A stretch of 64,000 bases of DNA from Pseudomonadota bacterium (GCA_043798915.1 JAZDOG010000090.1:1-64000); one strand, 5' to 3'; positions 10,073-19,595 are shown, counted from the first letter of the stretch. Notes: a model not told the origin generated them from the letters alone. Numbers and translations: made by a program.

Positions 10073-10475
10073 CGAGTGGCTCGATCGCGCTGAGGATGAC
10101 CTCAAATTTGCGAAGGTCGGTCTTCGGGAGGAGTTCTTCGCGCAGGTCTGCTTTCATGCGCAGCAGTGCATCGAGAAGAGCCTCAAAGGGGCGCTCGTTG
10201 CGATGGGGCGCTCATATCCAAAGAGCCATAGTCTGGCAGAGCTTTTAAAAAAGTTGCCGGAGCTAAAGCTTGATGCGTGGCGCGTGAGCATCATGATCAT
10301 CGATGGATATTATGTCCCCTTGCGCTACCCCGATGCAGCGCCGGGGATGAAATCTTCCGGGCCGCCAAACGGCAAGGAAGCGAAAGATGCCTTGGATACT
10401 GCGGAAGAGGTGTTTGGCGCGGTCTGCAGATTCATCAGTCACCTTCACAGCACAAAAAAACAGGGCCGGGTTTGA
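10056..10475 (+). CDS. HEPN-domain protein
   Basis: WLDRAEDDL, CFHAQQCIEKSLKG, YPKSHSL, RYPD motifs; overlaps the MNT gene. Confidence 0.85.
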   Translation: MSGRHDEWLDRAEDDLKFAKVGLREEFFAQVCFHAQQCIEKSLKGALVAMGRSYPKSHSLAELLKKLPELKLDAWRVSIMIIDGYYVPLRYPDAAPGMKSSGPPNGKEAKDALDTAEEVFGAVCRFISHLHSTKKQGRV

Positions 10476-10491
10476 ACCCCGGCCCTTCTTT
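10462..10491 (+). terminator. Intrinsic terminator
   Basis: AGGGCCGGG-7-CCCGGCCCT followed by TCTTT, with an A-run on the 5' side. Confidence 0.6.
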
Positions 10492-10517
10492 GCCAGGGCT
10501 GCGAGACATATCACCTA

Positions 10518-10547
10518 TTGACCTCCGTAGTCTATAAATGGTATACT
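10518..10547 (+). promoter_or_regulatory. sigma70 promoter of the RelBE-like module
   Basis: TTGACC-18-TATACT with extended TG. Confidence 0.6.
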
Positions 10548-10577
10548 TTAGCTAACTTGGGAAAGCGAGGTCAAGAT

Positions 10578-10808
10578 ATGGCAAGAGGAGAGGCGTTTGC
10601 GACTAAATTGCCCCGTGATCTGACCGATACCCTCGATGACGTCTGCGAGCGGTTCGGCCTGCGCAAAAACTTCGTTGTGGAGCAGGCCCTGCGCGAAAAG
10701 CTTGAGGATATCATGGACACCTTTGATCTCCAGGAGGCCATGAAGACGGCGTCCGGCTTTCGTTCCTGGCGCGAGATTAAACGTGGAGGCAAGGGATCGC
10801 ATTCATGA
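10578..10808 (+). CDS. Ribbon-helix-helix antitoxin (RelB/CopG-like)
   Basis: 76 aa, FATKLPRDLTDTLDDVCERFGLRKNFVVEQALREKLED; ATGA-coupled to the toxin. Confidence 0.75.
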   Translation: MARGEAFATKLPRDLTDTLDDVCERFGLRKNFVVEQALREKLEDIMDTFDLQEAMKTASGFRSWREIKRGGKGSHS

Positions 10809-11068
10809 GCTATCGCGTCGAAATTGAGACAAGCGCAATCAGAGAATTTCAAAAGCTCCCGAAAGAAGCGAAGGCATCTCTGGGAGACGTTCTTGACAAC
10901 CTGGAGCGAGAGCCTCGTCCCCTTGGCGCGAAGAAACTCATCAATCAGGAAGGATACCGGATTCGAAAAGGGGATTATCGCATCCTCTATGCCGTGGATG
11001 ACAAGGCCCTTGTCGTCCAGGTCTATCGAATCGGTCATCGACGCGATGTCTATCGACATCTTCGCTGA
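10805..11068 (+). CDS. relE: RelE/ParE-family toxin
   Basis: YRVEI...PRPLGAKKL...YRIRKGDYRILY...IGHRRDVYR. Confidence 0.9.
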   Translation: MSYRVEIETSAIREFQKLPKEAKASLGDVLDNLEREPRPLGAKKLINQEGYRIRKGDYRILYAVDDKALVVQVYRIGHRRDVYRHLR

Positions 11069-11100
11069 CCGGATATAGGACCCACAGAATCTCTAATCCC

Positions 11101-12555
11101 ATGAAACAGGACCAGCTCGATATATTTGCTGTTGAAGCGCCTGAGGCGAAGCCGCCTGAGGGCGAGGCCCGGCCCAAGCGCGCGCGCAAACCGCGCGAGG
11201 TGAAGAAAGCGCCGTTCATTGTGGATTCGTATGCGCCGACAGAAGAGGTACAGCGAAAAACCGCAACCCCTCCCCTTTGTAAGGGGAGGATGGGTGGGGT
11301 AGATCAAGGTCTACCTCCCCTTGCCCCTCCTTACAAAGGAGGGGATGGGGTTCAGGAAGCGGTTTCAAAAAAAATTCTCACCGTCAGCGAGCTCACGGAG
11401 AGCATCAAGTCGCGCATCGAACCCTCCTTTACCGACGTCTGGGTCTCGGGCGAGGTCACGGATTTCAGGAACAGAACGGGCCGGCACTACTATTTCGCGC
11501 TCAAGGACGAGTCGAGCAAGATAAGGATGGTCATCTTCGGCGCCGGCGAAGGCAAACGCGTCCCGTTCGAACTCAAGGATGGGATGGAGGTAATCTGCCA
11601 CGGGAGCATGAACGTCTACGCGCCGCAGGGCAGCTATTCCGTCATCGTCGATGTCATCGAACCCAAGGGCATAGGCGCGCGGGAGCTCGCGTTCGAGCAA
11701 CTCAAGAAGAAGCTCAAGGCAGAAGGACTTTTCGCGCGCGAGCGCAAGCGGCCCTTGCCATATCTGCCGCGCAGGATCGGCGTCGTCACATCCGAGACCG
11801 GCGCTGCGATCCGCGACATCGTCCACGTCCTCACGCGCCGCTTTCCGAACATCGAGATACTCCTGCACCCTGTGCGCGTGCAGGGCGACGGCGCGGCCGC
11901 TGAGATCGCCGGGGCGATCGGCGCGATGAACTCCGTCGATGGCCTCGACCTCCTCATCGTCGGCCGCGGCGGCGGGTCGATCGAAGACCTCTGGGCGTTC
12001 AACGAGGAGATCGTCGCGCGGGCGATCGCCGCGTCGAAGCTGCCCGTGGTCTCTGCCGTCGGACATGAGATAGACTTCACGATCGCGGATTTCGTCGCCG
12101 ATGTCCGCGCTGCGACGCCATCCGCTGCCGCCGAGATAGCCGTGCCGGTGCGAAGCGAGCTGCTGGCGAGGATTGCGGAGATGCGCCGGAGGCTGGCGCT
12201 TGCGCTGGAGCAGGGGATCGCCAATAGGTCCGGCGAACTCAAGAGGCTTGCCGAGCGCATCGGCGATCCGAGGAAGAAGCTCCCTGATTTCATGCTTCGC
12301 GTCGACGGCTTGCGCGAGAGGCTCGTGTTCGCGATGAACACTCACATGGACAGGCGGCAGCAAACCATAGCCAAGCTGGTCAGCAATCTCGACCACCTCT
12401 CTCCTCTCGGGGTCCTGTCAAAGGGGTATTCCGTTGTGACCGGCAGCGACGGCTGCGCCGTCCGCGCCGCCGGGACCCTGAAGCCCGGCGACGATCTCAA
12501 TATCCGCTTTCATAGCGGATCGGCCGCAGCCCGCGTGACTAAAGTCATCAATTAG
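11101..12555 (+). CDS. xseA: Exodeoxyribonuclease VII large subunit with an N-terminal extension
   Basis: LTVSELT, VWVSGEV, HYYFALKD, GRGGGSIEDLWAFNEE, SAVGHEIDFTIADFVAD.RAATPSAAAE. Confidence 0.93.
   Translation: MKQDQLDIFAVEAPEAKPPEGEARPKRARKPREVKKAPFIVDSYAPTEEVQRKTATPPLCKGRMGGVDQGLPPLAPPYKGGDGVQEAVSKKILTVSELTESIKSRIEPSFTDVWVSGEVTDFRNRTGRHYYFALKDESSKIRMVIFGAGEGKRVPFELKDGMEVICHGSMNVYAPQGSYSVIVDVIEPKGIGARELAFEQLKKKLKAEGLFARERKRPLPYLPRRIGVVTSETGAAIRDIVHVLTRRFPNIEILLHPVRVQGDGAAAEIAGAIGAMNSVDGLDLLIVGRGGGSIEDLWAFNEEIVARAIAASKLPVVSAVGHEIDFTIADFVADVRAATPSAAAEIAVPVRSELLARIAEMRRRLALALEQGIANRSGELKRLAERIGDPRKKLPDFMLRVDGLRERLVFAMNTHMDRRQQTIAKLVSNLDHLSPLGVLSKGYSVVTGSDGCAVRAAGTLKPGDDLNIRFHSGSAAARVTKVIN
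11267..11344. repeat. Palindromic repeat family A, copy 1 (in-frame inside xseA)
   Basis: CCCCTCCCCTTTGTAAGGGGAGG...GTAGA...TCTACCTCCCC..CCCCTCCTTACAAAGGAGGGG; 78 bp. Confidence 0.85.
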
Positions 12556-12626
12556 AGGCACACCCCAAAAATCATTGACGGATAAGGGTTTGCTGGGATA
12601 CAGCTCTCATATACCGAGAGGGTTAT

Positions 12627-12860
12627 ATGGCCGAACAAAAGAGGACCTTCGAGCAGTCCGCCTCTGATCTTGAGGCGATTGTCCGCCAGCTGGAAGGCGG
12701 CAGCCTCCAGCTCGATGATTCGCTCAAGGCCTTCGAGCGCGGCATCGGGCTCACTCGCGAGTGCGAGTTGCTTCTCAATGAGGCCAAGGCCAAGGTCGAA
12801 AAGCTGGTGCGAGATGCGGCAGGAGAGATGAAAACAGAGCCGTTTGAACCAAAGGGGTGA
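12627..12860 (+). CDS. xseB: Exodeoxyribonuclease VII small subunit
   Basis: TFEQSASDLEAIVRQLEGGSLQLDDSLKAFERG; located between xseA and ispA. Confidence 0.92.
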   Translation: MAEQKRTFEQSASDLEAIVRQLEGGSLQLDDSLKAFERGIGLTRECELLLNEAKAKVEKLVRDAAGEMKTEPFEPKG

Positions 12861-13750
12861 CGTCGAACATGGACCTCAAGTCGTATCTCAATGAGCGAAG
12901 GGAGCGGGTCGAAGGGGTGCTCAGCCGCTCGATCGGTGATAACGATATCCCGGAGACGCTCAGGCGCGCCATGAGCTACAGCCTCGAGGCTGGAGGGAAG
13001 AGGCTCCGCCCCATCCTCGTGATCGCTGGTGCAGAGGCAGTCGGGGGCGAAGAATCAAAAGTGATGCGCGCGGCAGTCGCGATGGAGATGATTCACACCT
13101 TCTCGCTCATCCACGACGACCTGCCCGCGATGGACGATGATTCGCTACGGCGCGGCAAACCCACGAACCACAAGGTCTTCGGCGAGGCCCAGGCTATTCT
13201 GGCCGGCGACGGCCTCCTCGCGGAGGCGTTCTATTTTCTCGCCAGCGACGGCAGCGGTTTGAATTCCGCCGCCCTGGTCGAAACGATTCGCGATATTGCA
13301 GCGGCCACCGGAGGAAGAGGGATGACCGGCGGCCAGGCGGTCGACGTCGAGGCGACAGGCAGGCAGGTGAAGGAGGAGGATCTCACCCGACTTCATCTCA
13401 TGAAGACCGGCGCGCTCATCACCGCGTCCGTCACCGCCGGGGCGAGACTCTCCGGCGCATCGCGCGAGGAGATCGAATCGCTTGAAAGGTACGGAAAGGC
13501 GGTAGGCCTTGCCTTCCAGATCGCCGACGACGTCCTCGATATCGAGGGGGATCAGACGGAGCTGGGAAAGGATGTCGGCAGCGACGTCTCCAAGGGCAAG
13601 TCGACCTATCCAGCCGTCATCGGCCTCGAGGCTTCAAAGAGGAAGGCGGCTTCGCTCGTCGACCAGGCGGTCGCGGCCCTGGCCCGTTTCGACAACCGCG
13701 CGGAGCCGCTGAGGCTGATCGCAAGATATATTGTAGAAAGGAAAAACTGA
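12857..13750 (+). CDS. ispA: Farnesyl-diphosphate synthase / geranyltranstransferase
   Basis: GGKRLRP, FARM LIHDDLPAMDDD.LRRGKPT, KTGAL, SARM FQIADDVLD; start may be ATG 12869. Confidence 0.93.
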   Translation: MTSNMDLKSYLNERRERVEGVLSRSIGDNDIPETLRRAMSYSLEAGGKRLRPILVIAGAEAVGGEESKVMRAAVAMEMIHTFSLIHDDLPAMDDDSLRRGKPTNHKVFGEAQAILAGDGLLAEAFYFLASDGSGLNSAALVETIRDIAAATGGRGMTGGQAVDVEATGRQVKEEDLTRLHLMKTGALITASVTAGARLSGASREEIESLERYGKAVGLAFQIADDVLDIEGDQTELGKDVGSDVSKGKSTYPAVIGLEASKRKAASLVDQAVAALARFDNRAEPLRLIARYIVERKN

Positions 13751-13751
13751 T

Positions 13752-13849
13752 TTTCCCCTCCTTTGTAAGGAGGGGGAAGGGGAGGTAGATCAGGCGAGCT
13801 TTTCAAGGTCTACCCCACCCTGACCCTCCCCTTACAAAGGGGAGGGAAA
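13752..13849. repeat. Palindromic repeat family A, copy 2 (opposite orientation)
   Basis: TTTCCCCTCCTTTGTAAGGAGGGG...TCTACCCCACCCTGACCCTCCCCTTACAAAGGGGAGGGAAA between ispA and yjbQ. Confidence 0.85.
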
Positions 13850-13876
13850 TGTCATTAGGTCCAGAATGACGAATAT

Positions 13877-14299
13877 ATGAAATCGTTCATCAGCGAGATA
13901 AAAATAGATACGAAGGGGCCCATCGAATTTGTGGACATCACGGGCCGCGTGCGCAGCGCCTTTGAGGAGAGCGGCATCAGGGAGGGCCTGGTGACGGTCT
14001 TCACCAGTCACACGACCGCCGCCGTGAAGATCAACGAGCGATGCGACCGCCTGCAGGAGGATATGCTGGCGTTTCTTGAAAATGCGGTGCCGGCATCCAA
14101 CTACAGGCACGATGAGGATACGGTCGACAGCAGGGCGAACGCGAGGAGCCACCTCATGTCGCTCCTGCTCAACGCCTCGGAGACGGTGCCGGCCTCCGGC
14201 GGCAAGCTCATGCTCGGCACCTGGCAGACGCTCTTCTTCATCGAGCTCGACGGTCCGCGAAGAGGGCGGAGCGTATCCGTGGGGATCATCGGAGAATGA
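13877..14299 (+). CDS. yjbQ: YjbQ/UPF0047 family protein
   Basis: HTTAAVKINE, YRHDE, NARSHL, LGTWQ..FFIELDGPR. Confidence 0.9.
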   Translation: MKSFISEIKIDTKGPIEFVDITGRVRSAFEESGIREGLVTVFTSHTTAAVKINERCDRLQEDMLAFLENAVPASNYRHDEDTVDSRANARSHLMSLLLNASETVPASGGKLMLGTWQTLFFIELDGPRRGRSVSVGIIGE

Positions 14300-15690
14300 A
14301 TACAAACGAGATAAAGGGTTTTTTCGCCGACGAGGCCGCGATAGACCGCGATGTGCATGTGGTCTTCACCTACCTCATGGAGACTGCCATCGATCCGGCC
14401 GAGGCCGCGGCGAATCTCTGCCGCGAGACCTCCACCGCGCAGTGGGCGAGGCCGGGCAAGGGCGAGGACTTCCGCCCCCGGTACGCTGCGAAGGTGTTGG
14501 ATATAGAGATAGTCGATGAGACCGCCGTCTCGACTTTTGGCGCCGTTGAACCGGACGGCGGGCGGTTTGCCCGAGCGAGGGTGCGCATCGCGCATCCGTC
14601 CGGCAATTTCGGCGCGAGGATTCCCAACCTGCTCACCGCGGCGATGGGCGAGGGCGCCTTTTTCTGCCACGGGGTGAGCGCGATCAAGCTCCTGGATATC
14701 TCGTTTCCGTCTCGTTACCTCGCCGATTTTCAGGGTCCGAAGTTCGGGACGGCCGGGATCCGCGAAATCCTCGGGGTTCAAGGTCGGCCGCTCTTCTTCG
14801 GCGTTGTGAAGCCGAACATCGGCCTCGACCCGAAGAGCTTTGCCGATATCGCGCGGGAGGCGTGGCTTGGCGGGCTCGATGCTGCAAAGGATGACGAAAT
14901 GCTCGCCGATCCGGATTACTCGCCCTTTGCGGAGAGGACGCGGCTGGTGGGACAGATGCGCCGCAATGCGGAGGAGGCGACCGGCGAGAGGAAGATGTTC
15001 ATCGCCAACATCACCGACGAAGTGGAGAGGCTCAAGGAACTCCACGACATCGCCGTCGCAAACGGCATCAACGCGGTGATGGTGAATGCGATGGCGGTCG
15101 GCTTATCGGGCGTGCGGATGATCTGCAGACATTCGACCGTGCCGGTGATCGGGCACTTCGACTGCATAGCCCCGATGTCGCGGCATCCCAACTTTGGCGT
15201 GAGCTCGTCGGTCTTCACTAAACTTCAGCGCATCTGCGGATGCGATGCGATAATCATGCCCGGCTTTGGCGCCAGGATGATGACGCCTGAGGAAGAGGTT
15301 CTGGTAAATGCCGCGGAGTGTTCAAATCCGCTCAGCCGCATCAAGGCGGCGCTTCCGGTGCCCGGCGGCAGCGATTGGGCGGGAACGCTTCCGCTCATGT
15401 ACGAAAAGCTCAGGACGCACGACTTTGCGATGGTCCCCGGCCGCGGGGTGTTCGGGCATCCCAAGGGGCCGCGCGCGGGCGCCGCTTCCCTGAGGCAGGC
15501 CTGGGAGGCAATCGAGCAGAGGATAGATCTCGCCGGTTATGCCGAGAGCCACAGGGAGCTGCGCGAGGCGATCGAGGCGTTCGGCGGGGAGTCAGAGAAA
15601 GTTTCTAGCGAGGGCGATGAGGGGTTGAAACCATACATCTGCGGGTTCACGGGAGCAGATCTCTCGTTCAATCGGAACGAACGGAATTAG
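14296..15690 (+). CDS. RuBisCO-like protein (form IV), Chlorobium-type IV-Photo-like
   Basis: KPNIGL, GGLDAAKDDEML, IMPGFGARMMTPEEEV, LPVPGGSD, VPGRGVFGHPKGP; lacks form I-III loop-6 Lys context. Confidence 0.88.
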   Translation: MNTNEIKGFFADEAAIDRDVHVVFTYLMETAIDPAEAAANLCRETSTAQWARPGKGEDFRPRYAAKVLDIEIVDETAVSTFGAVEPDGGRFARARVRIAHPSGNFGARIPNLLTAAMGEGAFFCHGVSAIKLLDISFPSRYLADFQGPKFGTAGIREILGVQGRPLFFGVVKPNIGLDPKSFADIAREAWLGGLDAAKDDEMLADPDYSPFAERTRLVGQMRRNAEEATGERKMFIANITDEVERLKELHDIAVANGINAVMVNAMAVGLSGVRMICRHSTVPVIGHFDCIAPMSRHPNFGVSSSVFTKLQRICGCDAIIMPGFGARMMTPEEEVLVNAAECSNPLSRIKAALPVPGGSDWAGTLPLMYEKLRTHDFAMVPGRGVFGHPKGPRAGAASLRQAWEAIEQRIDLAGYAESHRELREAIEAFGGESEKVSSEGDEGLKPYICGFTGADLSFNRNERN

Positions 15691-16196
15691 AGGTTTTCCT
15701 TCTGCAGGAATATTCCCTTGTCCACCTTCTCGAAAAAAATCTGGTAGTAATTCCCATCATCTATGGGGCCGGCTTCGACGACCGCCCCAAGGTTGTCGAG
15801 GATCTTCTTCTGGAAATTGACGCGGACGCGGCATTGTTTGCCGTATTCGCTCACGTTGGCAGTTGCGTCGATCACGGATAGCTTGTTCCATCTTGCCGGT
15901 TCCTTCGAATTATTAGTGGTGCCCCATGAGAAGCCGAACGGCGACCCGCCGCCCAGATCGACTTCTTTGGTCGCGGAGAGGAAGCCCAGATTAGCGTCGG
16001 CGTTCTTGATGATGAAGCCCTCGTCCTGGAGGACATTGAGCAGCGCCTTGATCACGAGCTTTGGGTCCTTTGTGTCGAAGGTTCGCGTCTGGAATTCGCG
16101 GATCTGCAGCTGTGTCTTGGGCGGTTCGGATGTAAACCAGGAGCAGGATGAGACGAGGATGAGGAGCGACAGCGCTGTCATCAAGCGTTTCTTCAT
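15687..16196 (-). CDS. Hypothetical lipoprotein
   Basis: Lipobox LVSSC after a basic/hydrophobic N-terminus; GGAGG RBS; QLQIREFQTRTFD motif. Confidence 0.7.
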   Translation of the reverse strand: MKKRLMTALSLLILVSSCSWFTSEPPKTQLQIREFQTRTFDTKDPKLVIKALLNVLQDEGFIIKNADANLGFLSATKEVDLGGGSPFGFSWGTTNNSKEPARWNKLSVIDATANVSEYGKQCRVRVNFQKKILDNLGAVVEAGPIDDGNYYQIFFEKVDKGIFLQKENL

Positions 16197-16220
16197 TTTG
16201 CGGCCTCCGACCGGCAGCTA

Positions 16221-16625
16221 TCAGAACTTGCTGGAGTTATACGAGAGCGTCTCCACCTGGCCCTTGCTGTTGAATTTGATCACCACCGTCAGCGTCCGCT
16301 GCGTGCTGCCGGAATTGCCCGAATTCCGCGACCCTCCGATGAGGATCAGCGTCCAGTAAAAGTCCTTGTGCGAATAGGACGCCTCCGTCGCTATCTTGTC
16401 ATAGATCCAGGTCTCCAGGCCAGTGCTGTCCTTCGTGACGATATTGGGCGAGCCCAGGGCCTCGGCGACATCGGCCTGCGACATCCCCTTGTGAATGTCC
16501 CTCTGCACGATCCCGAGCGTCATCTCCCGCTCCTTTGCGGTGACGGGCTGTTTGTCGCCGCCGCAGGCAGAGAGAGCGAGGGAGGCCAAAAGAACGACCC
16601 AGAGCACGATTCTCTTTGTAATCAT
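16221..16625 (-). CDS. BamE/SmpA-like outer-membrane lipoprotein
   Basis: Lipobox LSAC; IHKGMSQADVAEALGSPN...ETWIY...LTVVIKFN is the SmpA_OmlA pattern. Confidence 0.7.
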   Translation of the reverse strand: MITKRIVLWVVLLASLALSACGGDKQPVTAKEREMTLGIVQRDIHKGMSQADVAEALGSPNIVTKDSTGLETWIYDKIATEASYSHKDFYWTLILIGGSRNSGNSGSTQRTLTVVIKFNSKGQVETLSYNSSKF

Positions 16626-16818
16626 GACGGTTTCTCCTCTTATATATAACAGCAAAACCCTAAAAGGCCCATCGCGTCAACAGGCCTTTTGACCAACTTG
16701 GCCTGCCTGGCCGATACTGGTCAAGCTGAAATAAGGGATCCCTGATGATATTTTAAATGCCACTTTGTGCAATAAATATGTTGAAATTAATATTAAAAAG
16801 TGCATACTATAAGCAATT

Positions 16819-18180
16819 ATGTGGATTGATCGGCCCTCCAAAAAAAGAAAATTTATCAATAATTTCCTAGAGTTAAGAGGACAGGCGCTGGTTTTGCGTG
16901 GTCCCAGGCAGGTTGGCAAGACATCGTTTATTTTGAATGCCCTCAAAGAACTCCCTGAATACCCAAAATTAATGTTGAACGTGATGTATCCAACCTCATT
17001 CAAGGTGGGAGGGGATGAATATCTTGGGCGGGACTTCTTTGGCGCGAGCCCGACCGGAGAGGATCTTCTCAAAAACATAGAGAGAGAGATCGGCGACATA
17101 AAGAATCTGGCCAGACCCATATTGGTATTTATAGACGAGGCCGACAGGCATCCGATCGTACTCGAATCGATACAGACGCTGGCGGAATTCTCACACAACA
17201 TGAAATTCGTCCTCACCGGTTCCAATCTTGAAAATATTCCGGTGAAAAACGCCGCCACAGGACGCAAAAAATTTTTCGACCTCTATCCGATCACATTTGA
17301 AGAATTTGTTGCGGCCGGCGAAAACGAAAAGCTCGTTCGATATATGAATGAGCTGTCTTTGAAGAACTACATCCATTCCGATTTTGCTCACAATAAATTA
17401 AAAGAGCTTTTCTCCTCTTATCTCCGCCTTGGGGGAATGCCCAAAATTTTGGACACATATCTTGCCCCATCGACTTCACAGCCGATAAGCGAAGTCATCA
17501 AAGACCTCACGTTCTCGATAGAAGAGAATGTCAAGACGGTGCTGGGTGAAAAATCAAAGTTGTATGAATATGATGATGTATTGAGGAAAATGGCTTGCCT
17601 GTCCATGAACACGCTTAAGTACAGCAATCTCCAGGTGCAACATGCGGGGCGCAGTGAAGCGAAACGGCTGGTCGCGAAGACCGTCGGTTCAAGGGTCGTG
17701 CACAAGATCCGGCTTTTTGATTCGAAAAATGACCTGTCGAAATATATTATTTTTGATTGCGGAATACTCAATTACCTCTTGAGCGGCGCCGATCTTTTGA
17801 AGAACGCAATCGGCGACAGGAACATGGCCATCATGCATGAGACGTTCGTGGGGAGCGAATTGATCGCCCGGATGACCACGCGGGACGATCTGTTCTATTG
17901 GAAATCCGGCAATACAGCAGAGATAGAATACATTTTGAGGTCCCCATCTCTTGTCGGCATAGACGTAAAAACAGGCAGGGGAGATTGCAAGTCGCTGAAT
18001 AGTTTTGCCCTTTTGGAAAAGGACGCCCATTGTCTGGTGAAAATATCCGACGCTCAATTGTCCATCGATCGCGAACATGCCGCTTTTTTACCCAACACCG
18101 ATCATAGGCGAAAAATACCGCTGATGACCGTTCCCCATTATATTTCATATCGTTTGCATGAATTGTTAGGTGAAGTGTAA
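16819..18180 (+). CDS. AAA_14 ATPase + DUF4143 (PD-(D/E)XK-like) protein
   Basis: LRGPRQVGKTS, FIDEAD, LTGSN, LYPITFEEF, GGMP, FYWK...EIEYI...IDVKTG; AT-rich. Confidence 0.8.
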   Translation: MWIDRPSKKRKFINNFLELRGQALVLRGPRQVGKTSFILNALKELPEYPKLMLNVMYPTSFKVGGDEYLGRDFFGASPTGEDLLKNIEREIGDIKNLARPILVFIDEADRHPIVLESIQTLAEFSHNMKFVLTGSNLENIPVKNAATGRKKFFDLYPITFEEFVAAGENEKLVRYMNELSLKNYIHSDFAHNKLKELFSSYLRLGGMPKILDTYLAPSTSQPISEVIKDLTFSIEENVKTVLGEKSKLYEYDDVLRKMACLSMNTLKYSNLQVQHAGRSEAKRLVAKTVGSRVVHKIRLFDSKNDLSKYIIFDCGILNYLLSGADLLKNAIGDRNMAIMHETFVGSELIARMTTRDDLFYWKSGNTAEIEYILRSPSLVGIDVKTGRGDCKSLNSFALLEKDAHCLVKISDAQLSIDREHAAFLPNTDHRRKIPLMTVPHYISYRLHELLGEV

Positions 18181-18265
18181 TACCACTTACCCGCCCCCAT
18201 CGAGGGGGATGTTTCTTTAGGCGCCCCGCGGCAAGCCGCGGGGAGTATCAAACAGGAGGCTTGAG

Positions 18266-19024
18266 ATGCGAAAGGTTGCGATCGCCGCATATGTGGTGCT
18301 GTTTATGATGATATCGGGGGTTGCCGGGGCAGGGATTCCGCCGAAGATAGCCGCATCTGTCACCACCAACTATCCGGATGCTGACCCCCACAAGGGGCTC
18401 GACAGCGCTTACTTTCAGCCGGATCCGTCAAAGCTCCGCGGCTACGCCGTCCTCCTCAGGGGCGGGATCCCGGCCGAACGGGCCAGATATTTCGTCGGCT
18501 GGGACGACTACGACTATCGCGGCGTCGTCGTCCATCTGGGCGATGGCGACAAGGTGACGACGCGCCGAGGCGAGATATACACCTATCTCCAGCCTGGCAC
18601 TGTGATGGTTGTGGCCGGAGTCAAGGACTTCAACGGAACCATCTATTTCAGGCTCCTCTCCGCCGAGGTCTACATGCCGGAGAACAGGCAGGGCGAGAAG
18701 CACCATTCGCGTGTGACCGTGATGCTCGGCTTCAAACTTCCGAAGGAGCTGCTGGCCAAGGACGATGCCGAAGGGGTGCTCAAGGTGCTGGGCGAGTGGC
18801 TGAAACCCTTCCCGGATGCCGACAGCGCAAAGGCGTACGCTCTTTCGATGATACACAGCGCTGATAAGGCGAGCGGGGCCAAGCCCAAAGCGCCTGCCGT
18901 TGATGCTGCCCGGCCCGCCGATGCCGAGAAGATGAAAATCCTTGAGGACAAGATCGAGGCCGAAAAGAAAAAAATGGAGGAGATGGAAATAGAGATGAGG
19001 AAGATGAAGGAAGAGAAAAAATGA
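18266..19024 (+). CDS. Hypothetical exported protein with a C-terminal coiled coil
   Basis: AGGAGG RBS; signal peptide ending VAGA; E/K/M-rich tail. Confidence 0.7.
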   Translation: MRKVAIAAYVVLFMMISGVAGAGIPPKIAASVTTNYPDADPHKGLDSAYFQPDPSKLRGYAVLLRGGIPAERARYFVGWDDYDYRGVVVHLGDGDKVTTRRGEIYTYLQPGTVMVVAGVKDFNGTIYFRLLSAEVYMPENRQGEKHHSRVTVMLGFKLPKELLAKDDAEGVLKVLGEWLKPFPDADSAKAYALSMIHSADKASGAKPKAPAVDAARPADAEKMKILEDKIEAEKKKMEEMEIEMRKMKEEKK

Positions 19025-19034
19025 TCAGTGATTT

Positions 19035-19595
19035 TCATGCCAGGAGATGCTGGACGAGGATCTTTATTCCAATTCCTATCAGGATGAGGCCACCGACGAG
19101 TTCTGCCTTCTTTTCAAAAAAGTGGCCGAATCTCTTGCCGATATAAAGGCCTGCCAGGGAAATGATGAATGTTGTCGCACCTATGATTATGACAGGTGTC
19201 GCGATGGTTACATTTAAAAAAGAGAGCCCGAGCCCCACGGCGAGCGCATCTATGCTTGTGGCGATTGAAAGCACAATCAGCACATGAAATTTGAGGGGGT
19301 CGATCGCCTTTTTATCCTCCTCGAGCTGCGTGGATTCGTAGACCATCTTTCCACCGATAAACAGCAGAAGGCCAAAGGCTATAAAGTGGTCGAATTCACC
19401 AATGTATTGCCGGAAACCTATGCCTGCAAACCAGCCGATGACGGGCATCAGGGCCTGAAAAAGGCCGAAGAAAGATGCAATCCTGAATGCGTGCCGCACT
19501 TTGAGTTTTTTGGATGTGAATCCGCAGACGACCGAAACCGCAAAGCAGTCCATCGCAAGGCCGATGGCAATCAGTATTATGGTTGGCAGGCTCAT
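19035..19595 (-). CDS. mntP: Manganese efflux pump MntP
   Basis: Two DUF204 repeats: GLAMDCFAVS and ATSIDALAVG; FFGLFQALMP. Confidence 0.92.
   Translation of the reverse strand: MSLPTIILIAIGLAMDCFAVSVVCGFTSKKLKVRHAFRIASFFGLFQALMPVIGWFAGIGFRQYIGEFDHFIAFGLLLFIGGKMVYESTQLEEDKKAIDPLKFHVLIVLSIATSIDALAVGLGLSFLNVTIATPVIIIGATTFIISLAGLYIGKRFGHFFEKKAELVGGLILIGIGIKILVQHLLA

Noticed and set aside
14296..15690. Carbon-fixing RuBisCO
   Set aside because: Motifs match form IV RLP; no small subunit or phosphoribulokinase adjacent
18222..18243. Hairpin CCCCGCGGCAAGCCGCGGGG as an IS200/IS605 end
   Set aside because: Single short hairpin with no transposase or second end in the window; may be a terminator
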